Source: Camelus ferus (Eukaryota). From it: a stretch of DNA of 64,000 bases. The position numbers were made by a program, and so were the translations under genes. Positions 26,600 to 40,094 of this stretch are shown one piece after another; the stretch's first letter is position 1, and the number at the start of each line of letters is the position of its first letter. Location of the stretch: NCBI RefSeq assembly GCF_009834535.1, contig NC_045697.1, positions 67,024,001 through 67,088,000 on the forward strand, in the 5' to 3' direction. The notes beneath the pieces were generated by a model. That model searched no databases. It was not told the DNA's origin and saw only the letters and a program-made list of their open reading frames with translations.

Positions 26600-27460
26600 T
26601 CTTGCCTAGGATTTCCCCAAGCCAGAAATCTAAGAACTGTCACTGACTCTTTCCTCTCCCCTACTTCTGACATGAAGACAGCAACAAGTCCTACTAACTT
26701 TATGACCTACATGCTTCTTGAATCTGCCTCTTTTTCTCCATTTCTGATTCCAATGTCATCATCAATTCTTGCAAGAACATTTCAAAGCCTCATAATTGCT
26801 AACCTTTGCTTCCTTTCTAAAAGCAACTCAAATCTTGGACATTAACCACTAACATCACCTCCCACTGCTCACTACTCTTCTTGTTTAAATTTCTTCCCTG
26901 CTAGAAAGAAAGGCCAAGAGTTAGGAACAGTGCTTATCTTTATTTCTGGATAACTGATATCTAGTCCTCTATTTCAAACCCTAAAGCTCCTCCTTATTTC
27001 CTGTGAGGTAAATCCAGGCTCATGTGCCTGGCATACCAGCTCCTCCCTGATCTGAAGCGTGCCTACCATTCCACCTGCTTCTCTTACCATGCCCTGCCTT
27101 GGCCTCTACATTCCAACAATACAGACCATCTGTCCACCCTGCTCTGGGCACAATATGCAGTTTCTACCCCTTCTGTCTTCAATGACAGCCCTCTCCTGGT
27201 TTACCTGCTCCTCCTTATCCTCTAAGCCTCAGCTCAGGCATCTTTCTTCCAGGAAGTTTTCTCTGCTTTCCTCACCTCTGCCAGCTTAGACCCTACCTCT
27301 CCCTGCCCCCAACTTCAACTTTGTTAGAAGCTTATGTATATGTCTAACACTGAAGTTTATAACTGACTTCGTAGCTAGCTAACTGGCTCTTATTCATCTT
27401 TGTATACTTGGTGCTTATTATAGTCTCTGGAGCTGAATATATGTTTTCTGAATAAATGAT
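26600..27460 (+). mobile_element. L2 LINE fragment(s)
   Basis: CCCAAGCCAGAAATCTAAG...; TCTTCCAGGAAGTTTTCTCTG; 3' end TGAATAAATGA. Confidence 0.65.
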
Positions 27461-27539
27461 TGCAGGGCTTTCTGTACCCAGGGAAGAACACATAGACTTT
27501 GGGTTCTCATAGACTATGAATTGTGTAATTGCTACAAAA

Positions 27540-27745
27540 ATAGGCTTTGGGACCCCACAGACGTGGGTTTATCTCCGCATCGCTGTTTACTATATGTATA
27601 TGACTCGGCATTTCAACCAATCTCAGTTTATGTGGCTATAAATTGGACAGGTATGTGGTGGCAGCGTGTAGGTTACATGAAATAAGGTAAAACGAATGAT
27701 TCAGCATAGAGCTGGCCACAGATAAGATTTTCATATATGATAACT
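27540..27745 (+). mobile_element. MIR SINE
   Basis: GGCTTTGGGACCCCACAGACGTGGGTTT...TCTCAGTTT...TATAAATTGG. Confidence 0.55.
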
Positions 27746-30729
27746 ATTTGTATTATTTTCTTGTTGTGTTGTTACTGTGGATACTAAGCTTCTCTCATTT
27801 TTCTAAACAGACTTGAATTAAAGTATCTCTTTAATCCATCTTCCTTGAAATGTCCTTTCCCACCTGTGCCTAATAAACTCTTCTTTCCAAGTTCACCTTA
27901 AGCTTTTTCTCCTCCAGGAAGTCATTCTAGATCCTTCCAGCATGGGTTTGTGGCCCTCTCTCTCTGCCACCATGGCACACTATGCATTGTTGTTACTGTT
28001 GCACTGATCACCCAGTAATGTCATACTGACCTTTTCTGTGTCTCCCCTACCCAGAGGGCTTATCTGAACAAGATTTTGTGTATTTCATTTTTGAATCTAT
28101 AGTATCCAGCCATGTTTGGTAAACAGCAGGACCAAATATGAACACAAGATTTTGTTTATTGAATGAATTGATGGAATTACCGAAAATATGTTATAAACGC
28201 TTTTTTTTAAATGTAGAAGTTAATACTCTTCATTTTTCTACTTTATAAGAAACGAGATTTTAGATTTTTCATTAAAGTCTTCTTTCTTGCGCATATATAA
28301 AATAGTTTTGTCTCTCCTTAATTCTCTGTCTTTAAAATTTTGGACGTAATTTATAAATAAAATTTCAGAATTTGGTCTCTCATTAACAGTCTCCATATAT
28401 ACAAACTTCAGTTACCATATCACTTCTTAAAATATGTTTATTTTGCTACTTTGGAGGAGCCAGCAGGAGGGGCAAAAAAACCACTGAACTGCAAGCTGGG
28501 AACCTGGTGCTGGTCCCAGTCACTTCCCAATGATTTAGTGCTTTTCTTAAGTGTGGTTAGGTAGGTTGATAGGTAGGTTAGTATTATGATTAAAATCCAA
28601 ATTGTGAGAACACCATACATGTAAAGAGCAGAGCTTCCAGAGAGTGAGAGTATCTAGAAGTCGTCTGGTCCAGAAGTCTGTGCTTCCATCATGACTGTGG
28701 GTCAGGACTGGGGGAGGGAAGCCATGGTAACGATGGTGGGAGAAAGATGCTCAGGGGCTAATCTCATTTCCAGTGGCAGAAACAGACCTCCCAGGTCAAT
28801 ACTGAAATTTTGTGGCTCTGGTCCATATTTTCCGATTGTGTAAACTCTGTGGCACTGCCTCAACCCCCTTTCCTAATTCACCTGACAGTTTATTTGCTGT
28901 CTTCTTATATTTGAGCTACGCATTAGGCTATTACTTTTAAAAATGTTGTTATTTTTTCTTCATTAAAAAGTTATAACACTTAGAGATTTTAGTTGCTAAA
29001 ATTCTACAATAAACAAATAACAAGAAAGGCAAGTCATTCCTCAAGCTCCACCCTGCTCCCCAGATCTATCTACTGTTAACACTAATGTGTTTTGTTCCGG
29101 ATCTTCCTCTATGCAGTTACTTATGCAGGCGTGTGTGTAAATGTGTGTGGGTATATATATGGCTTTAGAAGTTAGAAATGGGATCATGCTGTACACGGGG
29201 CTCTGTGCTGACTACTGTTTCTTATAGCAAATTCTTTGCCTCACTTGATCGATCACTTGCCAAAGTGAGTGCTGTGATATGCCTACTATGTTTAGTGTTG
29301 GCTGACATCCAGTGTGAAAAAACAAAAACCAAAACAAAAACACTGCATATTTAAGGCTTTGTACTGTCTGCATGACACTAAACTTTCAGCAGATGTTTTA
29401 TAACAAAAGCATACAAGCATCACAACCTTTATTAATGTCATTATTTTCTTTAGCTTTGATAGTTGAATTCTGGATCCATGTGTGTCTTTTTTAAAGTCAC
29501 AGTCTCCATATGGCATGTGATGTAAACTCATATTTCATGAATTCTGCTTATTAAGTGAGGGTACTGATTAGGTACCAATACATCCATTTTCATCCTTTTT
29601 GATGGAGCAACTGACATTCTTCCAAAATTTACTGTTTCAAAAGATAATACACCCAGTACACTGAAGAAGACAGTATGGGTATGACTCACCTCCAGCAAGA
29701 CACAGGGTTGGTTAAGGTTTTCACATTTTCACCTCTCCTGCCCCTGGAAATCACAATACTTGACACTAGGTCACAAAATTATTAAACCTTAAAGCAGCAA
29801 CACTTCCTTCTCCACGTGAGACCTCACTTCTCCTTGACACTTTACTCCTGAAATCCCTTTAGGCTCCTGGCCTTTTCTCCCTGCCTTTAACTCCCATAAC
29901 TAATTAAATCTGGACAAGTCTTTGGTGAAAATAGTTTTCCTTTAAAGTTATTCATTCAAAGTTCCCCTTAAGGCATTCTTTGTCACTTTAGCCTAGCCTG
30001 CCATCTTTACATGAAGTTGAAAGAGGTGAGCTATTTTTATAAAATAGAAAACATTTCAAAACCTAAATCTACCTTGATGTCTCAGATAAAGACTAGATTT
30101 TGAAATATGACAAATGCCTCAGCATTTCTGGAAGTTTACAAGTAAACAAAAAGTTTAGACTCTGGTCTCACTTAAAGACAGTTAAACTTTTAAAAATAGA
30201 TTATTGTATTTGGAAGTAGTTTATTTGGGGTCTATAATTAAATTCTTCAACAAAAACAGAAAAAAACTAACCTAATCAGTATAGTTGAACTCATTCCCAA
30301 TGAATTTGTTTTAGGAATCATGTTGGATCTCTGAATTAAGCAGCACTTTTAATACTGTTATCTATTTAGAAGACAAAAGTGAAGATCAAAGAAAATAAGA
30401 GATCAAGAGTGAGAATATGGCATTGATTAAGTATTTTCTCTGCCGAGATAAAATTAAAACTTGCCAAGTTGCCAATTACTTTTAACCTATTTCTACATTT
30501 TGTAAATAAACAGGAAATATTACTTTAATTTTGTTTTACAATGTAAAGACCAGATATGTACCATTTGTTGTTGACCCAGGATACTCAGCTCCAGGGCAAA
30601 AGACTGAATGAGATTTAATGATGGGCTTGACTATCACTTGCTTAAGGCCAGAGACTTTCTAAGAAGAGGTGAAGAAAGTTTTCTTCATGAACCCAATTGT
30701 TTCCTCTATTATTTAATAGCATATTGCTA

Positions 30730-30764
30730 TCTCTCTCTCTCTCTCTCTCTTTTTTTTTTTTTTT
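30730..30764. repeat. (CT)10 + poly-T simple repeat
   Basis: Directly visible. Confidence 0.9.
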
Positions 30765-31039
30765 AGCTACCTGGTGGGATGTGACTTTTTATAATGTGCT
30801 CCCTATGTTTTTTACAAACGAAGACTTGGGTTTTGAAAGTTTGAGTGTGTTTCCCAAGACTACTCATCCGTTTAATGGAAGAGCTAGGAAAGCAATCCAG
30901 GTACTTCTGGTTTTATAAGCCTGAGTGCTTTATAAGTGATGCTGCCTCCCACAGTGTGAAAACTTATAACTTAGCAAGTGGTTGTCCACAATTCTCTTAC
31001 AGTACTACTGCTAGCAACAACACAGAAATAATAAAATAA

Positions 31040-31250
31040 ATTAACAGATACTTACCAAGTACTAACAAAATGCCCCCTAGGAACTTTAGATTTATTCCCT
31101 CCTTAATTCTCACAACATCGTGTATAATGTAGTTATCTGCATCATAAAGGTGAAAAAAGAGGCACAGAGAAGACAATTAACTTGCCCATGGCCCACACAG
31201 CTAATAAGTAGCGGAAATGTTCTTTGACACTCAGTATACAGACTTAGAGA
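31040..31250 (-). mobile_element. MIR SINE
   Basis: TTAATTCTCACAAC...GAGGCACAGAGAAGACAATTAACTTGCCCATGGCCCACACAGCTAATAAGTAGC. Confidence 0.75.
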
Positions 31251-33269
31251 ATCAGGTGATGAATAATCAGCCCTGTGGAGTTTCTCAAGGAGGCACCAAC
31301 ATCTACTTGTTAGCTATAGGTCAAAATGAAATAAGCAGTACGTAATTTTGTAATATTCATCTGCTAGCCTCTTCAGAGTCACAATGATACGCTCTTCTTG
31401 CTCTTTCATTTGGTCTCCTTTCTAATTTATTCAAACATACTTACGTTTATACTTATATATTTAACTGCTTTAAATTACCTGTAAAAGCTTTTATCCAATT
31501 TAAAGGAAAAAGACTTTGCAAATCCTTGTCCACAACAGAGAGAGGAACAATAAAACACAGTCCACAGAATATGTGGAAGAAATCTGAAAATTGTTAACTA
31601 CCCCACAGAGTATTAGCACTATCAGAATTATTGTCAAATAAGTAATAACAAGCTAAGACAATTTGTAAAAAGAACACAAGGAAAATATTCTAAGACACAT
31701 ACTGCAAATTTAACAACTTTTAGCTATTATCTTTGAGTCAGAAATCCTAACTTGCATTTTCTCCAGGTACAAAGCACCTCCTCAGAATATCTACAATATA
31801 AATAATGAATATGAACTAATGTAAACTGAGGCAGAGGAGGGAGATCTGTGGAAAGACAGGGGCACTGAGGATACAGCTCTGACCTCTTTGGTTACAGGAG
31901 GCAGATTTCTTTGAACAGTATCCATTTTCCTTTCACCAAGGCCTCTGTTTTATCAAAGCTCCAAAAGAGAAATAGGAGTTGACAATCTTTACAAATATAA
32001 AGGAGGCAAATGATTTGTGGAAAGGAAGAATAACAAGGTTTCCTCATGCTAAGGAGGTATTTTATCAGAAATGCACTCATGCCTAGAAAATCTAGGTCTT
32101 TGAGCACATGTGGTTATTTTCAGGAAGGCATACCCTTTCTGTCTTCCACTTCAATAAACTCAGGGAGTGAAAAAGCATTCTGTGAATGCAGCTAGTTCAT
32201 TGACATTAGCAGCATATCATTTTCCCAAAGTTTGAGAGAGCAATGGATTGATTTCAGGGTTCACAGTGGGGCACAACAAGACAGCATGGCTCACATGGCT
32301 TTCAGAAACAATATAAATTCATAGAGCTATTTCAAGGTTTCATGAAGATGTGATAAACTCCTGGATTGGGTTACACGTTTCCTCCTGCAGGGACTATTTC
32401 ATCCACTCCTCCTAGAGAAGTCAGGCTGATTTGTTGTTTTCATGCTCTGTTTTTCTTCAAATCTACTTAAATAAGCAGGTTGATTTCAGGGCAGACCCCC
32501 TAACTCCCTCTTCCTTTGTATGGGTTCAACTCAAGTTCTTGTGAAATCATTATCCTTCTCATACCTTCCAGACTGACTGCTGCAAAAAGTGAATCAGAAG
32601 ATAAACAAAACTAAACTAAAATAAAATGTGGTTATCAAGGATGTGCCGCTCTGTGCAAATATGGATGCACAATCATGCAGTATTTACGAACATGTCTCCC
32701 ATGCAGTGTGGGCCATGGGCATCTGAATGCCTGTGACTCTTTAAAACACACACAAGTCCCTCAGGCCAGAGTGCCACTTCACTCTCACCAAAACCAGAAC
32801 CACAACCAAAGCAAAGCAAATAAAATCCTTTCAATAGTCAGGAGAGCAGAGAAGCAAAGAAGCTATCTGAACTTGTTTCTTTTGAAATCACTACCAGTAC
32901 TCAGGGAAAGCTTTCACTTATGTGATCTGTCAGGAAAATCAGCTGCCTTTTTTGATAAACTGGGAAATCAGGTTGAAATCTAGTGAACCAAAGACTCAGA
33001 GAATATTCCCATGACTCCTATAATCAATTTACCCACGCACTGTTCTGATTTTTCTGTATGTCAGAGTACCATGCTGCAGATCTAAAATACGTCCTTACTG
33101 TTAACTATGTACAAGCCTGAACCTTCAGAGGAATGACTGAATGGATGAGAAATAATGAGCAAAACACACTGGACTCAGTGTCAGAAGACCTACATTGTCA
33201 AGACATCTATCCTTCCCAAGCCTTAGTTTCACCACCTGTTAAGTGGAGGATATTGTTGCGTTGTTCTTC

Positions 33270-33755
33270 TTTGCCTGCTTTCATCCACTTTCTCTTGTTT
33301 CTTGACAGAAACATCTCCAACACTTTCAGGCCATGTGGTTCAGTTTCCCATTCACTTCTCCACTGGCCCCTCAGAACGTTCCAGTCCCATGACCACAATT
33401 ACTTGGTGCAAGATGAGCAAGATGAGCACGTGACCCAAGTTAGTGTCATCAACATGGAATCTGAGCTTTTGTTGTCCTGGAAAGAAACTGATTGCTAAAA
33501 GAACTGGCTGTTGGTGGCCATCTTGATGTAGGACAGAAAGAGCCAGCTTGAATGAAGCCAACACAGAGAAAGGCAGAGCTGAGCAATGCAGGGAGAACGT
33601 GTTGAGGTCATCATTTGGGTCAATGAATCTGGCTGCAACCAATATCAGGTAGATCTAATTCTGGGGTTTCCTGTTACATGAGCTACTAAAATTTTTTTTT
33701 TCTTTTCACTTGTTTGATTTGGTCTTCTTTCACTTGCAGCCTGAAGATTTCTCAC
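33270..33755 (+). mobile_element. Old MaLR LTR (MLT1K/L-like)
   Basis: GGTGGCCATCTTG...GAATGAAGCCAACACAGAGAAAGGCAGAGCTGAG...GTTACATGAGC...TCACTTGCAGCCTGAAG. Confidence 0.7.
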
Positions 33756-34119
33756 GTAATATTACAGTGTGGGCTGAGCCGACATACAAATGCAAATAAT
33801 GTTTTTGGAAACACTGTTCCATGTTCTTATTTGTTTAAACCCAAAAGCTAAAATGCTTGGCTTTACAAAATACATTTGCACTTTTGTTCAATTAAATGTA
33901 TAAGCTTAAAAAAAGAAAAAAGCTTCCTCTGCCATAGCGACTCTACCAGGGCTTGGCACTAATAAGAATAAGAAAATAAAACTAATCCTGAAGAAGTTTA
34001 TAGGCAAGTAGGGACACAAACATGTGTTAAGTAATTATAGGATACAGTTAAAATGTTAAAAACCATAAAACGGTAAAACTGGTAAAAAGAAAAACGTGAA
34101 CAATATATAAAATGTAGAA

Positions 34120-34190
34120 CTACCATATTACACAACTCTAGGGGGCGCCATTCACACCATCGCTTATGTAAATGTCATCACCTGGAGCCA
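34120..34190. mobile_element. MER91-like hAT-Tip100 remnant carrying a CTCF-like motif
   Basis: CACAACTCTAGGGGGCGCCATTCACA...TGTAAATGTCATCACCTGGAG resembles the MER91 internal palindrome. Confidence 0.6.
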
Positions 34191-35669
34191 CACACAGAAA
34201 CCCAACTCAACTACACATCTCTCAGCTGGTAGACTGGCCCGGCCAAACACTTGCACCAGCCAGTATTTTCAATCTCCATAATAGTTCTTGGCTGTTGCAT
34301 TTTTTAATGAACTGATTATTGCCCACCCTATTTGAGTTTTTAAGGAGAGTTTCTGGCAGACAGCTGGCACCACAGGTTTCCCATTACACAAACCAGATGC
34401 AAATTTCGCTGGCCTTCCTTGGCCGTGCTACGTGCTATCATTTGCTAGCCATCAGCTGGCAGAGGCACCACTAAATCAAGCATCTGCAAACATAATATGT
34501 TGCATCTCAGGATTACAAAGGTCTTTGGGCAGTCAGAGATTCATTGAGCATCAGATTAATTATTTGGCAAAACAAGTGGAGCTTTTATGACTCAAAGGTC
34601 ATTTACAACAACATACTTTCACACTGTTGCCTCGGCGATAATACTTCATTTTAAGTGGCAAAATCAAACTATAAGTAAATTAGTACCCAAATTAATCCAA
34701 CAGCTGTGTGTTTTGATAGTGATTAATATGCACCATATAAAAGAGGCTTTTGCTTCTCTCTCGTTCTGAGTCACAAAAGAGAGAGAGAGAGGAAAAAAAA
34801 GTTCTTTGATATAATGCCTCTTCTGAAGCAAAGCCAAGGTAGTTCACTGTTTAGTTACAAAAAAATACTCTGAGACCTTCAGGGCAATGCCGCTGCTTTT
34901 CTTTTCTGGTGGAATAACAGCCACAGCTCCCCTTGCCACCCTCGGTGAGCTTGCCTGACCTCTCACTCCTGGAGTCAAACCCAGACCAGGCAACCTCTAG
35001 TTCACAAGACAAGACAGCTCCAACCCCTGGGCTTGGCTGGACTGCCTTACTCAGATGCTAGATCTCTCTTCTGGAGGAAGCAATTGTAACCCAGCATTTG
35101 AACCATGCTGGCCAAACTCTTTGGATAAAGTATTGACATGACAAATCCATATACATTCACATCGGTGTTTATTAACATAGTAAGATTTGCCACTAGTTTG
35201 GCTGCATGTTCAAAATTACCCACCTCCATTATTGCTAGTCTGACCCGCTGCTGTCTTCACTCATGATGTGAAATATCCTAAAGCACACTCTGGACTGCAT
35301 GCCACAAAACACCATTTGGTCTGGAGGCTGAAAGGTTTGGCTCTAAGCCGAGGTGGCAAACTACAACGGTGCTCACCTGGCTTGTACAAATATGCTGCTG
35401 TTTAGAGGTGTGGATACTTTCAAGAGCTACATCCCATTGTTGATATGGGGGCATAATTTAACTCTTGGTATGATTCAATACATGGTGCAGTGACGTAGTT
35501 AAAAATACACCTATAAAGTGTTGTGTATTTTTCAATTCCCCAGGATGGTTGATAGATTTTTCTTACTGACACTACGATTATGTTTGCAGTTTTGGATTTA
35601 GCTGCTAAAACTCTTAGAGCCAAATTTGTGGTACCCTGTGTGTAAACCACATGCTGGGTTTACAGAGAA

Positions 35670-35900
35670 GGCAGGGGAGCTTGGTCACCCAGAGCCCAGG
35701 CTCGAAGGCCAGGTGGCAACTTTCCAACATGGGTTCTGCCTTTTTAACTCTGTGACTTAGAACATGTATCTTAATGTCTTTTCTTCATCTGTAGAATGTT
35801 CCTACTGGTAAGGTTACCATGAGGATTAAATAAGTTTCCACATGAAAAGTGTTCACAACAGTGCCTGGCCTTGAGTACACGCTAAATAAACACATCACCA
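35670..35900 (+). mobile_element. MIR SINE
   Basis: CTGTGACTTAG...TTCTTCATCTGTAGAATG...ATGAGGATTAAATAAG...ACAGTGCCTGGC. Confidence 0.75.
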
Positions 35901-37097
35901 TAATCATAAATTCATTATCATCATAGCCTTGATGATTTTCCTGCCTTACCAACTTCCTCTATGATTTATCTTATTCATTGTGGTTTATGCATTTTCCTGA
36001 GCATTGCCAAAATCTTTATCTAGCGCAGTTCAGTATAAACAAAACAAAATAAAGCATAATTTATTCTTTCAATTTTCTAACAGAAATAGTACTGTACTTA
36101 GCTTTTACAGGCACATCCTCATCGAAAATTTTATTTCATAATGCTGTTTGAAGATTTGATTTCTACTTTCTACTAATGCTACTTCTAATGGCTCATGCCA
36201 TATTTAAAAGTGTTCTCAACACTCAAAATACATGCTGAAATGTCAAGTGATCTTTTCAAACACAGATCTATATCTAATAAACATAAAGTTGAAACTCCAC
36301 ATGCCTCAAACACCAATGCATATGAAAAATTGAGAATAAACAACATGAAAGGTAAGTGCAAAAACAAGACCAGGTTGCCTGGGAGTAATTTCCAGAGATC
36401 TGAGCTCTGAGACTCATCCACAGGGCAGTATCGTTATTCTAATCCAGGACTTACCTATAATGTACCAAGTAACTTTCCCCCCAACATTCCTCCACTCTAA
36501 GGAATGTCCTGAGAAGCAGTTCTGTCATGTCCAAATTATAAGCAATAATCTATGTTTTTTACTTTCATTTAAAGAGAAATTAAATTTGGTTGTGTAGAAT
36601 ATCATGCAGCAGATGCTGCAAATCCACCATCCTTTCAAAAAAGGGCCTGGAGTTACCTACTTTTCAAAAGAGAAAAGGTACAAGCTTATGCTTTTTAATA
36701 AAGAAATGAAGTCAAAGTAAGCATTATTTTATATTTATAAGATATAGGTGACGTTGAAAATGCTAATCAACTTACAAGTTGTATTTCACCCCAAGTTTAT
36801 TACAAGAGATGAATGAGTTGCAATATCCTTTTACCTTAAATTTGCTGAAGAGTCTAAACTGTGCGGCGTGTCCAACAATAACAAAGGCAACACGGTTAAA
36901 GTCCTGACTTCTTCCTGGATTCTTCTAAGTCTTGAGAAATTGCTTCATAGTCTAAAATCTCCCATTTAAACAAAAAGTTAAATACTAAACAAGTCATATA
37001 GTTCATTATAAAATGTAACAAGAAGCTATTACTGGTAGGACATTTGTTAAAATAAAACGCTAGCTGGAAACCTAATTGTAAAATAATTTGTAAAGTA

Positions 37098-37317
37098 CAA
37101 TTGACCTTCAAACAATAATGGTTTGAACGGCACAAGTCCACCTTACACAGATTTTTTTCAGAAGCAAAGAGTACAGCACTACATGATCTGCAGTTGGTTG
37201 GCTCCACGGGTCAGAGGAACCACGGGCCCAGAAGGCCAACTATCAGTTACTCTCGGGTTTTCGGCTGTGCGGAGGGCCAATGCCCCAAACCCCAGGTTGT
37301 TCTACGGACGACTACTG
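37098..37317. mobile_element. Tigger2-family (TcMar) MITE
   Basis: TA|CAATTGACCTTCAAACAATAATGGTTTGAAC start resembles the Tigger2 TIR (CAGTTGACCCTTGAACAA). A degenerate right TIR reads TTGTTCTACGGACGACT. Confidence 0.75.
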
Positions 37318-38934
37318 TTCCATATTAAAACCTTCTGTGATCTTCTGATTACACCCAGTCAAACCTAACTTTGTAGTTTTTCATTGTTAAGCTTATTTTT
37401 GCCACATGAAACAGCAGAGCTGAACACTGAGCTTGTTATTTTAAAATAATAACTTTTCTTTGTCAGGCAGTTTATGACTAAACACTTCTACTTGTGCCTA
37501 AGTATAATTTGCAATGATATCAGGTCTACAAACAGCTGAAGAAAGCAGAGGCACATTATAAACCTTCAAAGAAATTCAGGAAGTTAGGTTAGTGATAATG
37601 CCTTGTATTTGACTAGTCATTTAAAGGTCAGGAAAAAACCCTTCAGAAACCTATTTTATTTGATCTCAACTAAGACCCTGTAAGATCATGAAGGGACAGG
37701 TTTATGAATCCACATTTTAATGTGATGTTATATGCCCAAGTCATGCTTCTGCTCAATGGTAGGTCAGAACTCGAATATGGATCTACTCACTTATTCTCCT
37801 GTCCTTTTTAACACTCTGACTTTTGCAATTTTATTTGAATTTAAATATTAGATTTCTAAACATTCTGTATATTAAATATCTATACTTATCTTCTAAAATT
37901 TTGATCTCCTTTCCTCACAAATCTTGCTGGTAATTCCAAGAAAACTAGAATATGCTAAGATTATGTTTTCCTGATTATATCCAAACTTTTGAACATCATA
38001 CAAAATACTAATTTAATATTATTTTTCTTTGTTCTGTTGCTTAAACTTTTCACAGAGGTTAATTCAAATGATTCATGTAGATTTTAGTTGCTTCAAGGAA
38101 ATGGTTACATGGCCTACCAGACTTGGCTCATAGTAGGTGATTAAGAAATTCTTTTTGAATTGACCAGCTTGTATCTAAGGAGATGTTTGTAGATTGTGTT
38201 AGCAATGGAATACAAATAGTACATTCAGAAAATTATTTTATATTATCTTCCCTAGAAATGGCTGACAAATTCATTCTGATGAAAGACAGATATGGTGCAT
38301 TGAATAGATGCTTTCACAGAAGCATTAGAGCCCATGAAAATAACCCAGACACAGTTTAAATTAGCCTCTGGTGTGCTGACAGCCTGTTCAACCTCGTGTA
38401 TGAATACCTCTTTCATGACTTAAAAATATTTTGACGTCTAAAATAACATCAAATCTAGTTATCTGTGATGTATGAAATTATAATACATTATAACGGAGTA
38501 GTTCAATTGAACACTGAGGTATTTGGAAAAGCAAATTAAATAAGATAATAAGTCTATGTTTTTTCCCTTTACCCATAGAATGTAAGAAAAACAACTTGTG
38601 TTTTTATAGTATCCTTTTTTTTTAACTATTAATTTCAAAACACTTAACAAAATACAGAGTTACTACTATACTTCAGGTCATTTTATGGAATTGGTAAGAA
38701 TTATTAATTGATTTTAAAACATGAACACATTAAAAAAAAAAAAACAAACCAGAAACAGAAGAGGCAAGAACATTTCACAAAGTAATATGATGAAAGGTAG
38801 GCCAGCTCTGATGACTGCTAATGTTTATTTATGATGTACTTCATTAAACCCTTTGACTTTTTCAAGGGGCCACCTGTAAACCAGTTATGATTTATAGATT
38901 TCAGGAATGTGTCCTATTCTCAGCCATTTCTCTT

Positions 38935-39220
38935 TTTCTGTTGTTGTTATTTTTAAACCTTCTTTTTTTTCTTTTTTTTATTGAGTTATAGTCAGTTTAT
39001 AATGTTGTGTCAATTTCTGGGGTACAGCACAATTCTTCAGTCATACATGAATATACATATATTCATTTTCATATTCTTTTTCACAGTGAGCTACTACAAG
39101 ATGTTGAATATATTTCCCTGCGCTATACAGTATAAACTTGTTTGTCTATTTTATACATACTAGCCAGTATCTGCAAATCTCGAACTCTCAGTTTATCCCT
39201 TCCCACTCCCCTTCCCCCTG
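38935..39220 (-). mobile_element. Young 5'-truncated L1 3' end (lineage-specific)
   Basis: T-rich tail followed by ATTGAGTTATAGTCAGTTTATAATGTTGTGTCAATTTCTGGGGTACAGC...TTTCCCTGCGCTATACAGTA. 17-bp TSD TCTCAGCCATTTCTCTT (38918-38934) / TCTCAGCCATTACTCTT (39221-39237). Confidence 0.88.
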
Positions 39221-39294
39221 TCTCAGCCATTACTCTTCAAACCAAGTGCTGGAGACATTCCTAAAGCTCTGGTAAGTGTAAAGACCTAAGCCAG

Positions 39295-39791
39295 AACTAC
39301 CCAATACAAATATTACAAACCACATAGGCAATTTAAAATTTTCCAGTAGTCATATTACAAAAAGTAAAAAAAAAACAAATGAACTTAGTTTTAATAATGT
39401 TTTATTTAACCCAATATATCAAAAATAATCACTGTAACAGTCAACATAAAAATTTATTGATATTTTACATTTTTTTCTTGTACTAAGCCTATGAAATCTA
39501 GTATGTATTTTATTTAAAATTTCTGTGATCTCAATTTGAGAGAGAAATTTTCACTAGAATTACTTGCTTTGAATTTGGTTTTCGTAAAGCTTGGACTTCA
39601 ATGACTATAATAGATTCACAAACCCAAAATATCCAAACATACTTAAACATTTTCTAGGAACTGACTCCAGGATCAGTTTTAAATTTAAATTAATGAAAAT
39701 TGAATAAAATGAAGAATTTCTTAGTCATCTTTGCAATATTTTAAGTTCTTAATTATTCAGTGTCTCTAGGATTATGTATTAGACAGCACAA
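39295..39791 (+). mobile_element. MER33/Charlie1-family hAT element
   Basis: CCAATACAAATATT...AAATTTTCCAGTAGTCATATT...TTTATTTAACCCAATATATC...GTATTAGACAGCACA. Confidence 0.75.
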
Positions 39792-40094
39792 ATCTAAACA
39801 AATTAAACAGAAGTTTCAACTGGAGCAATAAAATTGGAAGAAATAAGAAGGATGGCATTCTAGAGGAAGAAAATAAGTAGAGATGGTAAATACGGATAAG
39901 ACTGCCTTTTGTAAGCCTAATTTTCTAAAAAAAAAATTATTTCTAAGATTAGTCTGTTGTTCAGCAGTTTCCAGAATAAGTTTGCCATCTGTGTATTTGT
40001 TGTCCACAGAGAATACAGGACATCTTTAAGGTTAGAATTGAACTAATGAGCCCAATTTAAATCCTTTTTATCAATAAGAAAAGTTTAGAGTTAA

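Noticed and set aside
30730..30766. Strong polypyrimidine tract plus AG resembling a splice acceptor
   Set aside because: It is on the strand opposite UNC5C, is explained by a simple repeat, and has no supported downstream exon.
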